64,000 bases of DNA from an uncultured Bacillota bacterium. GTDB taxonomy: Bacteria; Bacillota; Clostridia; Christensenellales; UBA1242. Below are positions 1-10,099 of the stretch, piece after piece. Position 1 is the stretch's first letter. Every line of letters begins with the position of its first letter. A program made the position numbers and the translations under genes. The stretch is from the NCBI GenBank assembly GCA_949283975.1, contig CASDUK010000001.1, positions 97,187-161,186 of the forward strand. The letters are read 5' to 3'. The notes beneath the pieces were generated by a model that was not told the DNA's origin, ran no database searches, and saw only the letters and a list, made by a program, of their open reading frames with translations.

Positions 1-225
1 CCGATAACTTACATTACAACAACTTATTACGAACTTGAACAGGTAACAATTAAATTAGACTTTGAAAGCGAAAGAGAAAGCCTTGTTCAAGAGGCAAAAA
101 CTCTTGCAGGCCTTAGGTTAAACGAAAACGATTTAATAGTTGAAGAAAACAGCGTTGTAACGGAGCAAGACGGAAAAATTTTTGTTGATTATGTTTACAT
201 TGTTACAAGAACAATTTCTGGTTGA
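1..225 (+). CDS. C-terminal end of a CDS that begins upstream of the window; product not identifiable
   Basis: Frame +1 is open from base 1 to TGA at 223-225 (...VDYVYIVTRTISG*). The 74 visible residues have no diagnostic motif. Confidence 0.4.
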   Translation, partial: PITYITTTYYELEQVTIKLDFESERESLVQEAKTLAGLRLNENDLIVEENSVVTEQDGKIFVDYVYIVTRTISG

Positions 226-230
226 TAATT

Positions 231-258
231 TTGAAAAAGGGCGCAGTTATGGTATAAT
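231..258 (+). promoter_or_regulatory. sigma-A-type promoter for ybeY-era
   Basis: TTGAAA (231-236), 16-nt spacer, TGg-TATAAT (250-258). The -10 ends 6 nt before the ybeY ATG and there is no SD between them. Confidence 0.5.
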
Positions 259-264
259 ACTTTT

Positions 265-717
265 ATGCTAAGGATTTATTTTAAAAACATAAAAAGCCCT
301 TGTTTTAAAAGAAAAATTAAAAAAATTTTCTCAATTGCGCTTGAAAAAAAATTTAAAGAGGAGCGAAATTTTGAGGTTGGAATTAAATTTATAGGCGAGG
401 AAGAAATTAAGGAATTAAATCAAAAATTTAGAGATGTTCCAAGAGAAACAGATGTTCTTTCATTTCCAATTTATGATTTTAAAACAGAAGGCCTGCCAAA
501 CGAAGAGGCAGTCATGCTTGGGGACATTGTTATTTGCAAAGAAATTGCAATTCTTCAAGCAGAAAAATATGGCCACAGCACAAAGCGAGAGCTTTGTTTT
601 TTGGCTCTTCATGGCTTTCTTCATCTATTGGGGTTTGACCATATTGAACCATTAGAAGAAGAAGAAATGAAAAGATTTAGCGAAGAAATTTTAAACGAAG
701 TTGGGGCGAAGAGATGA
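265..717 (+). CDS. ybeY: rRNA maturation endoribonuclease YbeY
   Basis: 150 aa with the zinc motif HGFLHLLGFDH near the C-terminus. Sits directly upstream of and overlapping era, the conserved arrangement. Confidence 0.92.
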   Translation: MLRIYFKNIKSPCFKRKIKKIFSIALEKKFKEERNFEVGIKFIGEEEIKELNQKFRDVPRETDVLSFPIYDFKTEGLPNEEAVMLGDIVICKEIAILQAEKYGHSTKRELCFLALHGFLHLLGFDHIEPLEEEEMKRFSEEILNEVGAKR

Positions 718-1586
718 AATCGGGATATGTTGCGGTAATTGGTAAAACCAACGCGGGCAAAAGCACGCTTATAAACAAATTTTTGGGGTTTAAACTTAAC
801 ATTGTTTCTCCAAAGGTTCAAACAACAAGGGTTAATGTTCTTGGAATTTTAACCGAAAGTGAAAGCCAAATTGTTTTTATCGACACACCGGGAATTCACC
901 GGGCAAAAACAATGTTAGATAAATTCATGAACAAAAGCTATCGCGCGGCAAGCGAGGGGGCAGATTTAATTTTATATCTTGTTGACGGCGCAAAGGAAAT
1001 TTTGGAAGAGGAAATTCAAAACATAAAAAATTTAACAGCAAAGTTTGAAAAGGTTATTGTTGGCGTTAGCAAAATTGATTTAGCAAGCCAGAAAAAACTT
1101 TTAGAAAATCTTTCGCTTTTAAACGGGGTTGGCGCATGCGAAATTGTTCCGTTCAGCTCTAAAAGCGGGAAAAATGTTGAAGTTTTGAAAAAGCTTATTG
1201 TTGACAACCTTCCAGAAAGAAGTTTTCTTTTTAGCGGCGAAGAAGTTTCAAACAGATCGGTTTTGTTTTTTTGCGCCGAAATTGTTCGCGAAAAGGTTCT
1301 TTCAACAATAAATGAAGAAATTCCCCATGGCGCTTTTTGCGAAGTTGTTTCACACAGCGAAAGCCAAAATCTTTTTGAAATTTCAGTTGACATAATTTGC
1401 GAAAAGGAAAGCCACAAGGCAATTATAATTGGAAAGGGCGGAGAAAAGCTTAAACAAATTGGCTCGCGCGCACGGGCAGACATTGAAAGGCTTGTTGGGA
1501 AAAAAGTTATGTTAAAACTGTTTGTTAAAGTTGAAAAAGATTGGCGAAACAAACAAAATTTCTTAACAACAAATATATATAGTTAA
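714..1586 (+). CDS. era: GTPase Era
   Basis: 290 aa with G1 GKTNAGKST, G3 DTPG, and a C-terminal KH-domain segment (IIIGKGGEKLKQIG). 4-nt overlap with ybeY. Confidence 0.93.
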   Translation: MKSGYVAVIGKTNAGKSTLINKFLGFKLNIVSPKVQTTRVNVLGILTESESQIVFIDTPGIHRAKTMLDKFMNKSYRAASEGADLILYLVDGAKEILEEEIQNIKNLTAKFEKVIVGVSKIDLASQKKLLENLSLLNGVGACEIVPFSSKSGKNVEVLKKLIVDNLPERSFLFSGEEVSNRSVLFFCAEIVREKVLSTINEEIPHGAFCEVVSHSESQNLFEISVDIICEKESHKAIIIGKGGEKLKQIGSRARADIERLVGKKVMLKLFVKVEKDWRNKQNFLTTNIYS

Positions 1587-1597
1587 TTAAATATTAT

Positions 1598-1626
1598 TTG
1601 ATTATTTATCGAATATGTGCTAAAAT
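1598..1626 (+). promoter_or_regulatory. sigma-A-type promoter for ileS
   Basis: TTGATT (1598-1603), 17-nt spacer, TGc-TAAAAT (1618-1626). About 45 nt of leader with SD AGGAG before the ATG at 1677. Confidence 0.5.
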
Positions 1627-1676
1627 TCCAGTTGTAAGTAATTTACAATATTTTTCTTTGCAACTAGGAGATTAAG

Positions 1677-4600
1677 ATGAAGAAAGAGCCAGCCATGCCA
1701 AATTTGGTTAGAAACGAGGAAGAAATTTTAAAGTTTTGGGAAGATAACAAAATTTTTAACAAAGTTAAAGAAAAAAACAAAAAAACAGGAAAATACTATG
1801 CCTTTTTAGACGGCCCAATTACGGCAAACAACGAAATGAAGTTGCACCACTGCTGGAACAGGTCGCTTAAAGACATTATGCTTAGATATAAAGCTCTTCA
1901 AGGTTTTGACGCCCACTATCAAAACGGCTTCGACGCCCAAGGCCTTTGGGTTGAGGTTGGCGTTGAAAAAATGCTTGGCTTAAAGGACAAGAGGGACATT
2001 TTAAAATTTGGAATGGACAAGTTTACAGAGGCCTGCATAGAGCGAGTTAACCACTTTGCAAACATAATTTCTGCTCAAAGCCAAAGGCTTGGTCAGTGGA
2101 TGGATTGGAACGATTCATATTTCACAAATTCCGACACGAACATAACCTCAATTTGGTTTTTTTTAAAGAAATGTTATGAAAAAGGTTGGCTAATTGAAAA
2201 GTTTAGGCCAATGCCGTGGTGTAGCCACTGCGGAACATCTCTTTCAGAACACGAACTTGCAGACAGCTATCAGGACATGGAACATATTGCAGTTTTCTTC
2301 AAACTTCCAATTTTTGAAAGGAATTGGGATATGCTTGTTTGGACAACAACGCCTTGGACGCTTTCCTCCAACGTTGCAATTGCCGTTAACCCAGAACTTG
2401 TTTATTGCGTTTGTAATGTTAAATCCAGCAACAGAAAACTTGTTGTTGGAAAGAATGCAATTAAAGTTTTAAAGGATGACTTAATTTCAGTTGAAGAAGA
2501 AATTTTGGGAAGTAAGCTTGTTGGGCTTACCTATCAAACTTGTTTTGAAGAGCTTGAAGAACAAAATTTTGTTCACAAAATTGTTCCGTGGGAAGATGTT
2601 GACGCCGAAGAGGGTTCTGGCGCGGTTCACATTGCGCCGGGTTGTGGAGCGGAGGATTTTGAACTTGGCCAAAGGCTTTCTCTTCCAAATGTTTGCCCTG
2701 TTGACGAGAGCGGAATTTTTTATTCGAATTTTGGATTTTTTGCTGGAAAGGACGCCGGCGAAGTTTCAGATTTGGTTTTCAATCAACTAAAAGAGCGCGG
2801 AAAATTATATTACACCCACAAATATAAGCATAGATATCCAATTTGCTGGCGCTGCAAGAAACCTTTGATTTTTAGATTGACTAAGGAATGGTATATCAAG
2901 GCAGATGAAATTAGGCAACAGCTTATAGACGCTGTTGAAACTGTTGTTTGGCAGCCAGAGTTCATGAAGAAAAGAATGTTAGACTGGCTTGTTAACATGG
3001 GAGATTGGAACATTTCAAGAAAGCGCTTCTATGGGCTTCCTCTTCCGTTCTATCGTTGCGAGAAATGCGGCAAGTTAACAGTTGTTGGTTCTATTGAAGA
3101 ACTTAAAAAACTTTCAAGCGAAAGCCAAGTTGACGCCCTTCCACATCTCCACAGGCCATATATTGATGATATTGAAATTACATGCCCAGAGTGTGGCGCA
3201 AAGGTTAGGCGCGTTCCAGAAGTTGGAGATTGCTGGCTTGACGCCGGAATTACGCCATTTAGCACAAAGAAATATTTTTCAGACGAGGAATTTTTTAAAA
3301 AGAACTTTCCGGCAGAGTGTGTTATTGAAATGAAGGAGCAAATTAGGCTTTGGTTCTATTCGCTTTTGTTCATGAGCGTTACATTAACCGGAAAAGCGCC
3401 ATATAAAAAGGTTATTGGCTTTGCAATGCTTGTTGCAGAAGACGGCTCTAAATTCTCTAAATCTGGGCCAAATAATATTAGTTTTAACGACCTTGTTGAC
3501 AAAACTGGCGCAGATGTAATTAGATATCTTTTTGCATCAAACAACATGTTGAACGACACGCGCTTTGGTTTTTCAATTACAGATGAAATTAAAAGAAAGC
3601 TTCTTGGCCTTTGGAATGCATATGTTTTCTTCAACACATATGCGCTTATAGACAAGCCAAAACTTGACGGCTTTAAAATTAACTTTGAAAGTTTCGACAC
3701 AACAGACAAGTGGCTTTGGGAGCAATGCAACAAATTTGTTGAAAATTCAACTGCAAATTACAACAACAACAACTATTTCCTTGTTGTTAGGGATTTTGAA
3801 AATTTGATTGACAATTTAACAAACTGGTATATCCGCGTTAACAGAAGAAGATTTTGGAAGAGCGATGACGAAGAGGACAAGCTGAATGCATATTTCAGCC
3901 TTTATAACGCGCTTAAAACAATTTGCCGCGTTATGAGCCCAATTTTGCCCTTTATGGCGGAGCATATTTGGCAAAACATGGTCAGAGAAGTTGAAAAGAG
4001 CGAAAAAGAAAGCATTTTCCTTTCATCTTTCCCAACGGCAAGTGACGTTCGTTTTTCTAATTTGGACGAACAAACTCAAGCTGTTCGTGAGATTATTGCA
4101 ATTGGCCAAAGGCTTAGAAATGAGAACCAAATTAAAGTTAAACAGCCGCTTAAAACAATGTTTTTAAATGTAAATGAATCAGCCCAAAAGGCGGCAAAAA
4201 CATTCGAGCAGATTATAAAAGACGAGCTTAACATTAAAGAGATTGTCTTTGAAAACGACAACAACAAGTTTAATGATGCATATTTAACAGTTAATTTTAA
4301 AACTGCTGGCGCGGTTTTGAAAGGCGATGTTCAAAAACTTAAAACGAAGCTCTCGGAGGCTTCAGAAGAACAGATTAAAAGTTTTGTTTCTCAGTTTAAG
4401 GAGGGAAAAGTTTCTGTTTTTGAGTTTGAAAATTTAGACAGCAGCTTGTTTAACTTGTGTTACAAGGCAAAGGAGGAATATGTTATTGCAACCGAAAACG
4501 ATATAACTGTTGTTTTAGATGTTACCATTGACGAAAATTTGATGTTGGAAGGCCTTTCAAGGGAACTTATTCGATCTATTCAAGTTTTAAGAAAACAGGC

Positions 4601-4799
4601 AAACTTTAAAGTTGAAGAAAGAATTTCAATTTCATTCTTGCAGCCAACCGAGAACATTAAGCGAGTTGTTGAAATTTTTGGGGATAGGATCAAGCAAGAG
4701 GTTTTGGCAAGACAAATTGAAGAAAAAATTGAAAACCCAAGTTTAGAGGAAAAAATTGAACTTTCAGACGAGAGCACAATTGTTCAACTAAAAAATTAA
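1677..4799 (+). CDS. ileS: isoleucine--tRNA ligase (long, ~1040-aa form)
   Basis: Class I aaRS with a HIGH-like KLHH and a KMSKS-like KFSKS. Has the IleRS-type WTTTPWTLSSN editing-domain motif, DWNISRKRFYG, and Cys-pair zinc motifs (CSHCG, CWRCK, CEKCG, CPECG). Confidence 0.85.
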   Translation: MKKEPAMPNLVRNEEEILKFWEDNKIFNKVKEKNKKTGKYYAFLDGPITANNEMKLHHCWNRSLKDIMLRYKALQGFDAHYQNGFDAQGLWVEVGVEKMLGLKDKRDILKFGMDKFTEACIERVNHFANIISAQSQRLGQWMDWNDSYFTNSDTNITSIWFFLKKCYEKGWLIEKFRPMPWCSHCGTSLSEHELADSYQDMEHIAVFFKLPIFERNWDMLVWTTTPWTLSSNVAIAVNPELVYCVCNVKSSNRKLVVGKNAIKVLKDDLISVEEEILGSKLVGLTYQTCFEELEEQNFVHKIVPWEDVDAEEGSGAVHIAPGCGAEDFELGQRLSLPNVCPVDESGIFYSNFGFFAGKDAGEVSDLVFNQLKERGKLYYTHKYKHRYPICWRCKKPLIFRLTKEWYIKADEIRQQLIDAVETVVWQPEFMKKRMLDWLVNMGDWNISRKRFYGLPLPFYRCEKCGKLTVVGSIEELKKLSSESQVDALPHLHRPYIDDIEITCPECGAKVRRVPEVGDCWLDAGITPFSTKKYFSDEEFFKKNFPAECVIEMKEQIRLWFYSLLFMSVTLTGKAPYKKVIGFAMLVAEDGSKFSKSGPNNISFNDLVDKTGADVIRYLFASNNMLNDTRFGFSITDEIKRKLLGLWNAYVFFNTYALIDKPKLDGFKINFESFDTTDKWLWEQCNKFVENSTANYNNNNYFLVVRDFENLIDNLTNWYIRVNRRRFWKSDDEEDKLNAYFSLYNALKTICRVMSPILPFMAEHIWQNMVREVEKSEKESIFLSSFPTASDVRFSNLDEQTQAVREIIAIGQRLRNENQIKVKQPLKTMFLNVNESAQKAAKTFEQIIKDELNIKEIVFENDNNKFNDAYLTVNFKTAGAVLKGDVQKLKTKLSEASEEQIKSFVSQFKEGKVSVFEFENLDSSLFNLCYKAKEEYVIATENDITVVLDVTIDENLMLEGLSRELIRSIQVLRKQANFKVEERISISFLQPTENIKRVVEIFGDRIKQEVLARQIEEKIENPSLEEKIELSDESTIVQLKN

Positions 4800-4810
4800 G
4801 TTGAGGGGAA

Positions 4811-5665
4811 ATGGAAGTTAACACAGAGTGGAAGGACTATCAAATTTTGGCAACGGGCGGGGGCGAAAAGCTTGAGCGCTGGGGCAGCGTTGTTCTTTTG
4901 CGGCCAGACCCCCAAGTTATTTGGCCGGCGAAGAAAAATTTGAGAAGCGAAAAAAGCCTTTGTGCGCTTTACAACAGATCTAGCAGCGGAGGCGGAAGCT
5001 GGGAAATTAAAAAACCTTTTCCAAGCGAATGGATAGTTGGTTGGAGAGATTTAAAATTTAAAATAAAACCAATGGGCTTTAAGCATACTGGGCTTTTCCC
5101 CGAGCAGGCGACAAATTGGGATAAGATGATTAAACTAATTAAGGCGGCAAAACGCGAGGTTAAAGTTTTAAACCTCTTTGCCTACACTGGCGGGGCAACG
5201 GTTGCCTGCGCAAGCGCGGGAGCTTCTGTTGTTCATGTTGACGCAAGCAAGGGAATGGTTGAAAGAGCAAAGGAAAATCTAAAACTTTCAAACTTGGAAA
5301 ACAAAAATGTTAGGTTTATAATTGACGATTGCAAAAAATTTGTTGAGCGCGAAATTAGAAGAGGGAATAGGTATGATGCAATAATTATGGATCCTCCTTC
5401 CTATGGGCGAGGGCCAAGCGGCGAAATTTGGAAAATTGAAGAAAATCTTTTCGATTTTGTTTCCCTATGTTTTAAACTTCTTTCCAAAAACAGCCTTTTT
5501 GTTTTAATAAATTCTTACACAACCGGCCTTCAACCCCAGGTTTTAAAAAATATATTGCTTTTAAATTCAAATTTTAAGGGGAATTGCAGCGCCTATGAGG
5601 TTGGGCTTCCAACTGATGAAAAAATAGTTTTGCCGTGTGGCGCAAGCGGCCTTTTAACTTTTTAA
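4811..5665 (+). CDS. class I SAM-dependent methyltransferase (RlmI-like catalytic domain)
   Basis: 284 aa with the SAM-binding stretch VLNLFAYTGG and motif IV IIMDPPSYGRGP, typical of PF10672-type RNA methyltransferases. Confidence 0.7.
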   Translation: MEVNTEWKDYQILATGGGEKLERWGSVVLLRPDPQVIWPAKKNLRSEKSLCALYNRSSSGGGSWEIKKPFPSEWIVGWRDLKFKIKPMGFKHTGLFPEQATNWDKMIKLIKAAKREVKVLNLFAYTGGATVACASAGASVVHVDASKGMVERAKENLKLSNLENKNVRFIIDDCKKFVEREIRRGNRYDAIIMDPPSYGRGPSGEIWKIEENLFDFVSLCFKLLSKNSLFVLINSYTTGLQPQVLKNILLLNSNFKGNCSAYEVGLPTDEKIVLPCGASGLLTF

Positions 5666-5674
5666 GGAGATGAA

Positions 5675-6367
5675 ATGGAGCAACTTGATGTAATTTATGA
5701 AGACAATCATTTAATTGTTGTTATAAAGCCCCAAAACGTTCCAACAATGGAGGACGCCTCTAAGGATTTGGATCTTCTTTCCATGGTCAAAGCATATATA
5801 AAAGAGAAATATAACAAGCCGGGCAATGTTTATGTTGGCCTTGTTCACAGGCTTGACAGGCCAACAGGCGGGATTATGGTTTTTGCAAAGACATCAAAGG
5901 CGGCCTCAAGGCTTTCGGCGCAAATTCAAGATGGAACGATGAAAAAGGAATATCTAACTGTTTTAAAAGGCCAACTTCCGCTTAAAACAAAAAAAATTGT
6001 CAATTATTTAAAAAAGGACGGCGAAAGTAACACCGTTAAAATTGTTCCAATGAGCGAAGAGGGTGCAAAGAAGGCAGAACTAATTTTTGAAGTTTTAGAA
6101 ACAGATTTTAGCCAAAATCCGCCTCTAACTCTTGCAAAAATTGAGCTGCTAACGGGAAGAAGCCATCAAATTAGGGTTCAAATGGCTGCGTTGAAAGCCC
6201 CCGTTTTTGGAGATTGGAAATATGGAGAAGAAAGGGCAAAGCAAAACCTTGCTCTTTGGGCATATAAACTTGAATTTGTTCACCCAACAACAAAACAAAA
6301 GATGAGTTTTAAAGTTCTTCCAGAGGCAAAATTGCCATGGACAAGGTTTAATCTTTCAAAAATTTAG
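5675..6367 (+). CDS. RluA-family pseudouridine synthase
   Basis: 230 aa with the catalytic motif HRLDRPTGG and GRSHQIRVQ. No S4 domain. Confidence 0.85.
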   Translation: MEQLDVIYEDNHLIVVIKPQNVPTMEDASKDLDLLSMVKAYIKEKYNKPGNVYVGLVHRLDRPTGGIMVFAKTSKAASRLSAQIQDGTMKKEYLTVLKGQLPLKTKKIVNYLKKDGESNTVKIVPMSEEGAKKAELIFEVLETDFSQNPPLTLAKIELLTGRSHQIRVQMAALKAPVFGDWKYGEERAKQNLALWAYKLEFVHPTTKQKMSFKVLPEAKLPWTRFNLSKI

Positions 6368-6376
6368 GAGGCTTTT

Positions 6377-8134
6377 GTGAAAAAAAGAAGCGAGATTGAA
6401 GAAAAGGACAAGTGGGACCTTAGCGGATATTTTAAAGATGACGCCGAATTTTTAAACGAATTTAACTATCTTAAAACTCAAACAGACTTCTTGGCTGGCT
6501 ACCGCGGAAAGTTGAAGGACGAGAAAACAATTTTGGAATGTTTGGAAAGAGATCAAGAGATTTCAAAGCGCCTTGAGGTTCTCTATGTTTATGCCGTTCT
6601 CAAAACAAGAGAAGACGCAGGCAATTCGCTTTATCAAGAGCGTCAAACACAGGTTGGAACGCTTATTAGCCAGTTTTCAACCAAATCGGCTTTTGTTAGC
6701 GTTGAAATAAAGAAAAATTCAAACTCTCTTTTAAAAAAACTTGCAGAAAAAAGCCAGTTTAAAAATTATTTTAAAGAAATTTTAAGGAATAAAAAACACA
6801 TTCTTTCAGAAAAAGAGGAAAGAATTTTGTCAATGAGTTCGGACATGGTAAGCGGGTTTTCAGATAATTTCGATTTGTTTAACGATGCAGACCTAAAATT
6901 TCCAAAAGTCTTTGACTCAAAGAGAAAATCACATGAGCTAAACCACTCAAATTACATGCAACTTATGCAAAGCAGAGACAGAACGCTTAGAAAAAACACG
7001 CTTAAAGCGCTTAACGGAGCATATGGAAAATTTAACAACTTTTTATCTTCGAATTATATAAGCGAAATAAAGTCAAATGTTTTTTATGCAAGGGCATCTA
7101 AATATAAAAATTGTTTGGATAAATCAATTTTTTTAGAGGAGGCAGACAGGCGAGTTTATGACAAGCTTATTGCTTGCGTTAACGAAAATTTAGATGTTAT
7201 TTATAACTATTATGATTTAAAAAAGAAAAGTCAAAACCTTCCAAATTTTGCAATATTCGACCAATTTGCGCCAGAAAAAGAAGTTGAAAAAAAATATAGC
7301 TTCGACGAAGCTTTTGAAATTGTTAAAAAGGCAACCAAGCCTCTTGGCGAAGAATACTCAAAAATTTTGGATTTGGCAAAGACCCAAAGGTGGATTGATA
7401 AATATCCAAACAAAAACAAGGACAGCGGCGCATTTTCTTGGGGAGCATATAGAAAGAACCCTGTATTGCTGTTGAATTTTGTTGGAAACACCCAAAGCCT
7501 TTTCACGCTTGCCCATGAACTTGGCCACAGCATGCACACATATTTCTCAAACAAAAGCCAAAATTATGACCAAGCGGGCTATAAAATTTTTGTTGCAGAA
7601 GTTGCAAGCATTGTAAATGAAATGCTTTTGCTTAAATATCTTCAAAAAAATGCAAAGTCAAGCGCAGAAAAAATCTATTATTTTGACCACTTTCTAAGCG
7701 AATTTAAGTCCACGGTTTTCCGCCAAACAATGTTTAGCGAATTTGAACAATTTGCCCACGAAACATTTGAAAATTCTCTTCCAATTTCGGCGGAGGTTTT
7801 AAACAATTTCTATTATGACCTAAACAAAAAATATTTTGGGAAGAATGTTAAATTAATTCCGGAAATCAAATATGAATGGTCAAGAATCCCTCATTTTTAT
7901 AACGCGTTTTATGTATATAAATATGCAATTGGAATGATTTCGGCAATCTATTTGGTTGATGAAATAATTCCAAAAGAGCATGAGAGATATATTAAATTTC
8001 TATCCTCTGGTTCAACAAAGCCTCCAATTGAGCTTCTTTTCGATGCGGGGGCAAATTTAAGGAGCAAAGAGCCTTTCCAAAAGGCGTTTGATCAAGCAAG
8101 AAAATTTATTAAACAATGGGAAGAACTTATTTAG
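6377..8134 (+). CDS. pepF: oligoendopeptidase F (M3B metallopeptidase)
   Basis: 585 aa with GTG start after SD AGGAGG. HELGH zinc motif (HELGHSMH), and length and layout typical of PepF. Confidence 0.85.
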   Translation: MKKRSEIEEKDKWDLSGYFKDDAEFLNEFNYLKTQTDFLAGYRGKLKDEKTILECLERDQEISKRLEVLYVYAVLKTREDAGNSLYQERQTQVGTLISQFSTKSAFVSVEIKKNSNSLLKKLAEKSQFKNYFKEILRNKKHILSEKEERILSMSSDMVSGFSDNFDLFNDADLKFPKVFDSKRKSHELNHSNYMQLMQSRDRTLRKNTLKALNGAYGKFNNFLSSNYISEIKSNVFYARASKYKNCLDKSIFLEEADRRVYDKLIACVNENLDVIYNYYDLKKKSQNLPNFAIFDQFAPEKEVEKKYSFDEAFEIVKKATKPLGEEYSKILDLAKTQRWIDKYPNKNKDSGAFSWGAYRKNPVLLLNFVGNTQSLFTLAHELGHSMHTYFSNKSQNYDQAGYKIFVAEVASIVNEMLLLKYLQKNAKSSAEKIYYFDHFLSEFKSTVFRQTMFSEFEQFAHETFENSLPISAEVLNNFYYDLNKKYFGKNVKLIPEIKYEWSRIPHFYNAFYVYKYAIGMISAIYLVDEIIPKEHERYIKFLSSGSTKPPIELLFDAGANLRSKEPFQKAFDQARKFIKQWEELI

Positions 8135-8872
8135 ATGAAAATAAAAGCCAAGGAGTTTGTTAAAAACAATTTATTAAATTTAATAGCCTTTTTTATTGGG
8201 TTTGTTGCGCTTTTAACTCTTTCAATAGTTTTTAAAAGCGATGTTTTAACATTTATTTACACAATTTTTTTCTTGATCTATCTTTTTTCAACCTGTTCAA
8301 AACTTTGGGTTGCGCCAATTTTTGGAATTGCTAGCGTTGGGCTTTATATTGCAGTTTCTGTCCTCTCTAAAAACTGGGGAGAAGTTATTTTTAACTGTTT
8401 GTTTGTTCTTCCAATTTTGTTTTTTAGTGTTTGGCAATATTTAAAAAACAGAAGCAAAGAAGGCGTTTATATTTCTCAAAACAAAATTTCTATTAAAGAA
8501 TTTTTAATTTTTGTTGCCTGTGATTTTGTTTTTTGCGTTGCGCTTTTCTTTGCTTTAAATGCGCTTAAAACGCCGTTTACAATCCTTGCAACAGTTTGTT
8601 TCTTTTTTTGCGCAATTCCTAACTATCTTCAGCTTAGAAGAGACAGAAGAATGTTTTATTTCTATCTACTAGCAAACACGCTTTTAATTTTGCTTTGGCT
8701 AATGCCGCTAATTCGCGGCGAAGGGGGAGGAGTTTCAATGATTCCAGTTGCGGGAGGGTTTTTCTTTAGCCTTGTGTTTAATTCTCTTGGGGCAATTAAT
8801 TGGAACAAGAGAGAAAATAAAAATCAAATTGAAAACGGAGGAGAAGATGGAACTTTTAGCGCCAGCAGGTAA
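8135..8872 (+). CDS. multi-pass membrane protein, tentatively PnuC-like (nicotinamide riboside transporter family)
   Basis: 245 aa with about 7 hydrophobic helices. The pattern resembles PnuC (..SVWQYLKN.. and ..LRRDRRMFYFYLLANTLLILLWL..). Family assignment is by eye only. Confidence 0.35.
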   Translation: MKIKAKEFVKNNLLNLIAFFIGFVALLTLSIVFKSDVLTFIYTIFFLIYLFSTCSKLWVAPIFGIASVGLYIAVSVLSKNWGEVIFNCLFVLPILFFSVWQYLKNRSKEGVYISQNKISIKEFLIFVACDFVFCVALFFALNALKTPFTILATVCFFFCAIPNYLQLRRDRRMFYFYLLANTLLILLWLMPLIRGEGGGVSMIPVAGGFFFSLVFNSLGAINWNKRENKNQIENGGEDGTFSASR

Positions 8873-10046
8873 TTTTGAGAAACTAAAGGCCGCTTTCTAT
8901 TTTAGGGCAGATGCTGTTTATATTGCCGGAAAAAAATTTGGGCTTCGCGCTTTTGCCGGGAATTTTGACGAAGAGGGTTTGAAACAGGCTGTTGACTATG
9001 CAAAAGAAAGGGGCAAAAAAATTTATGTTACAGTCAACATTGTTGCCCACAACAGAGATTTTGAAGGGCTTGGAGAATATTTAAAATTTTTGGAGGGAAT
9101 TGGCGTTTGGGGCGTTATTGTAAGCGACCTTGGCGTTATTTCATTTGTTAAAAAGTTTGCCCCAAAGCTTGAAATTCATGTCAGCACTCAAGCAAATGTT
9201 ACAAATAAATACACCGCAAGCGAATTTGTTAAACTTGGGGCGAAGAGAATTGTTCTTGCGCGAGAGCTTTCTCTTCAAGAAATTAAAGAAATTAGAGATT
9301 TTCTTCCAAGCGAAATTGAGCTTGAGGCCTTTGTCCACGGGGCAATGTGTATAAGCTATTCTGGACGCTGCTTGCTTTCAAACTTTTTAACCGGAAGGGA
9401 CGGAAATTGCGGCGAATGTGTTCAGGCTTGCCGATGGGAATACTTAATTACAACAAAGGATAGAAGAGGCGAGGCCTATGAAATTCAAGAGGACGAAAGG
9501 GGGACATATATTTTAAATTCAAAAGATTTAAATATGTTAGATCACCTAAAAAAACTTAAAGAGGCCGGCGCTTTTAGCCTTAAAATTGAAGGGAGAATGA
9601 AATCTTCCTACTATGTTGCAAATGTTGTAAACGCATATAGGCGCGCGCTTAATTATCTTGAAAAAGGGCTTGAAATTCCAAAAGAGCTTGAGAGGGAAAC
9701 GCTTAAATCCAGCCACAGAAACTATACAACAGGTTTTTATTTTGGGCGAGATGAGAGCGAGTGTTTGGAGGGTTCAATGCCAAAATCCACCCACGAATTT
9801 GTTGCCGTTGTAATTGAAGACGCCAATGGCGGAAAGGTGTTAGTTGAACAAAGAAACAGGTTTAAACTTGGCGACACGCTTGAAATTCTTTCTCCAAACG
9901 AAACATTTAACAAAAAAATTGAGATTTTTTCTATTATGGATATCTCTGGCAATGAGATTTCAGACGCTAAAGATGTTCAACAAAAGCTTTACATTAAAAC
10001 AGATTTACCGCTTAAAGCGGGCGACATTTTGCGCAAAGAAATTTAA
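8847..10046 (+). CDS. U32-family peptidase
   Basis: I prefer the ATG at 8847 (MELLAPAGN..., SD GGAGGAG 8838-8844) over the ORF-track start at 8748. Has the U32 signature EAFVHGAMCISYSGRC. Confidence 0.85.
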   Translation: MELLAPAGNFEKLKAAFYFRADAVYIAGKKFGLRAFAGNFDEEGLKQAVDYAKERGKKIYVTVNIVAHNRDFEGLGEYLKFLEGIGVWGVIVSDLGVISFVKKFAPKLEIHVSTQANVTNKYTASEFVKLGAKRIVLARELSLQEIKEIRDFLPSEIELEAFVHGAMCISYSGRCLLSNFLTGRDGNCGECVQACRWEYLITTKDRRGEAYEIQEDERGTYILNSKDLNMLDHLKKLKEAGAFSLKIEGRMKSSYYVANVVNAYRRALNYLEKGLEIPKELERETLKSSHRNYTTGFYFGRDESECLEGSMPKSTHEFVAVVIEDANGGKVLVEQRNRFKLGDTLEILSPNETFNKKIEIFSIMDISGNEISDAKDVQQKLYIKTDLPLKAGDILRKEI

Positions 10047-10055
10047 TTAAATTCC

Positions 10056-10084
10056 TTGACACCGCACGAAAACTGTGTTATATT
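10056..10084 (+). promoter_or_regulatory. sigma-A-type promoter for tRNA-Leu
   Basis: TTGACA (10056-10061), 17-nt spacer, TGt-TATATT (10076-10084), about 15 nt before the tRNA 5' end. Confidence 0.6.
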
Positions 10085-10099
10085 ACTCATGCTGGAAAT

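Noticed and set aside
1587-1676. T-box riboswitch upstream of ileS.
   Set aside because: The intergenic region is only 90 nt and is largely taken up by a promoter and the SD. There is no T-box consensus (AGGGUGGNACCGCG-like) and no specifier or terminator helices.
8748-8846. Longer N-termini suggested by the ORF track for the U32 peptidase. The same applies to 27691-27717 (infA), 51824-51961 (addA), 57757-57792 (lipoprotein) and 62104-62133 (SH3 protein).
   Set aside because: In each case an internal ATG has a proper SD or promoter context and matches the conserved family N-terminus. The extensions overlap upstream genes or promoter elements.
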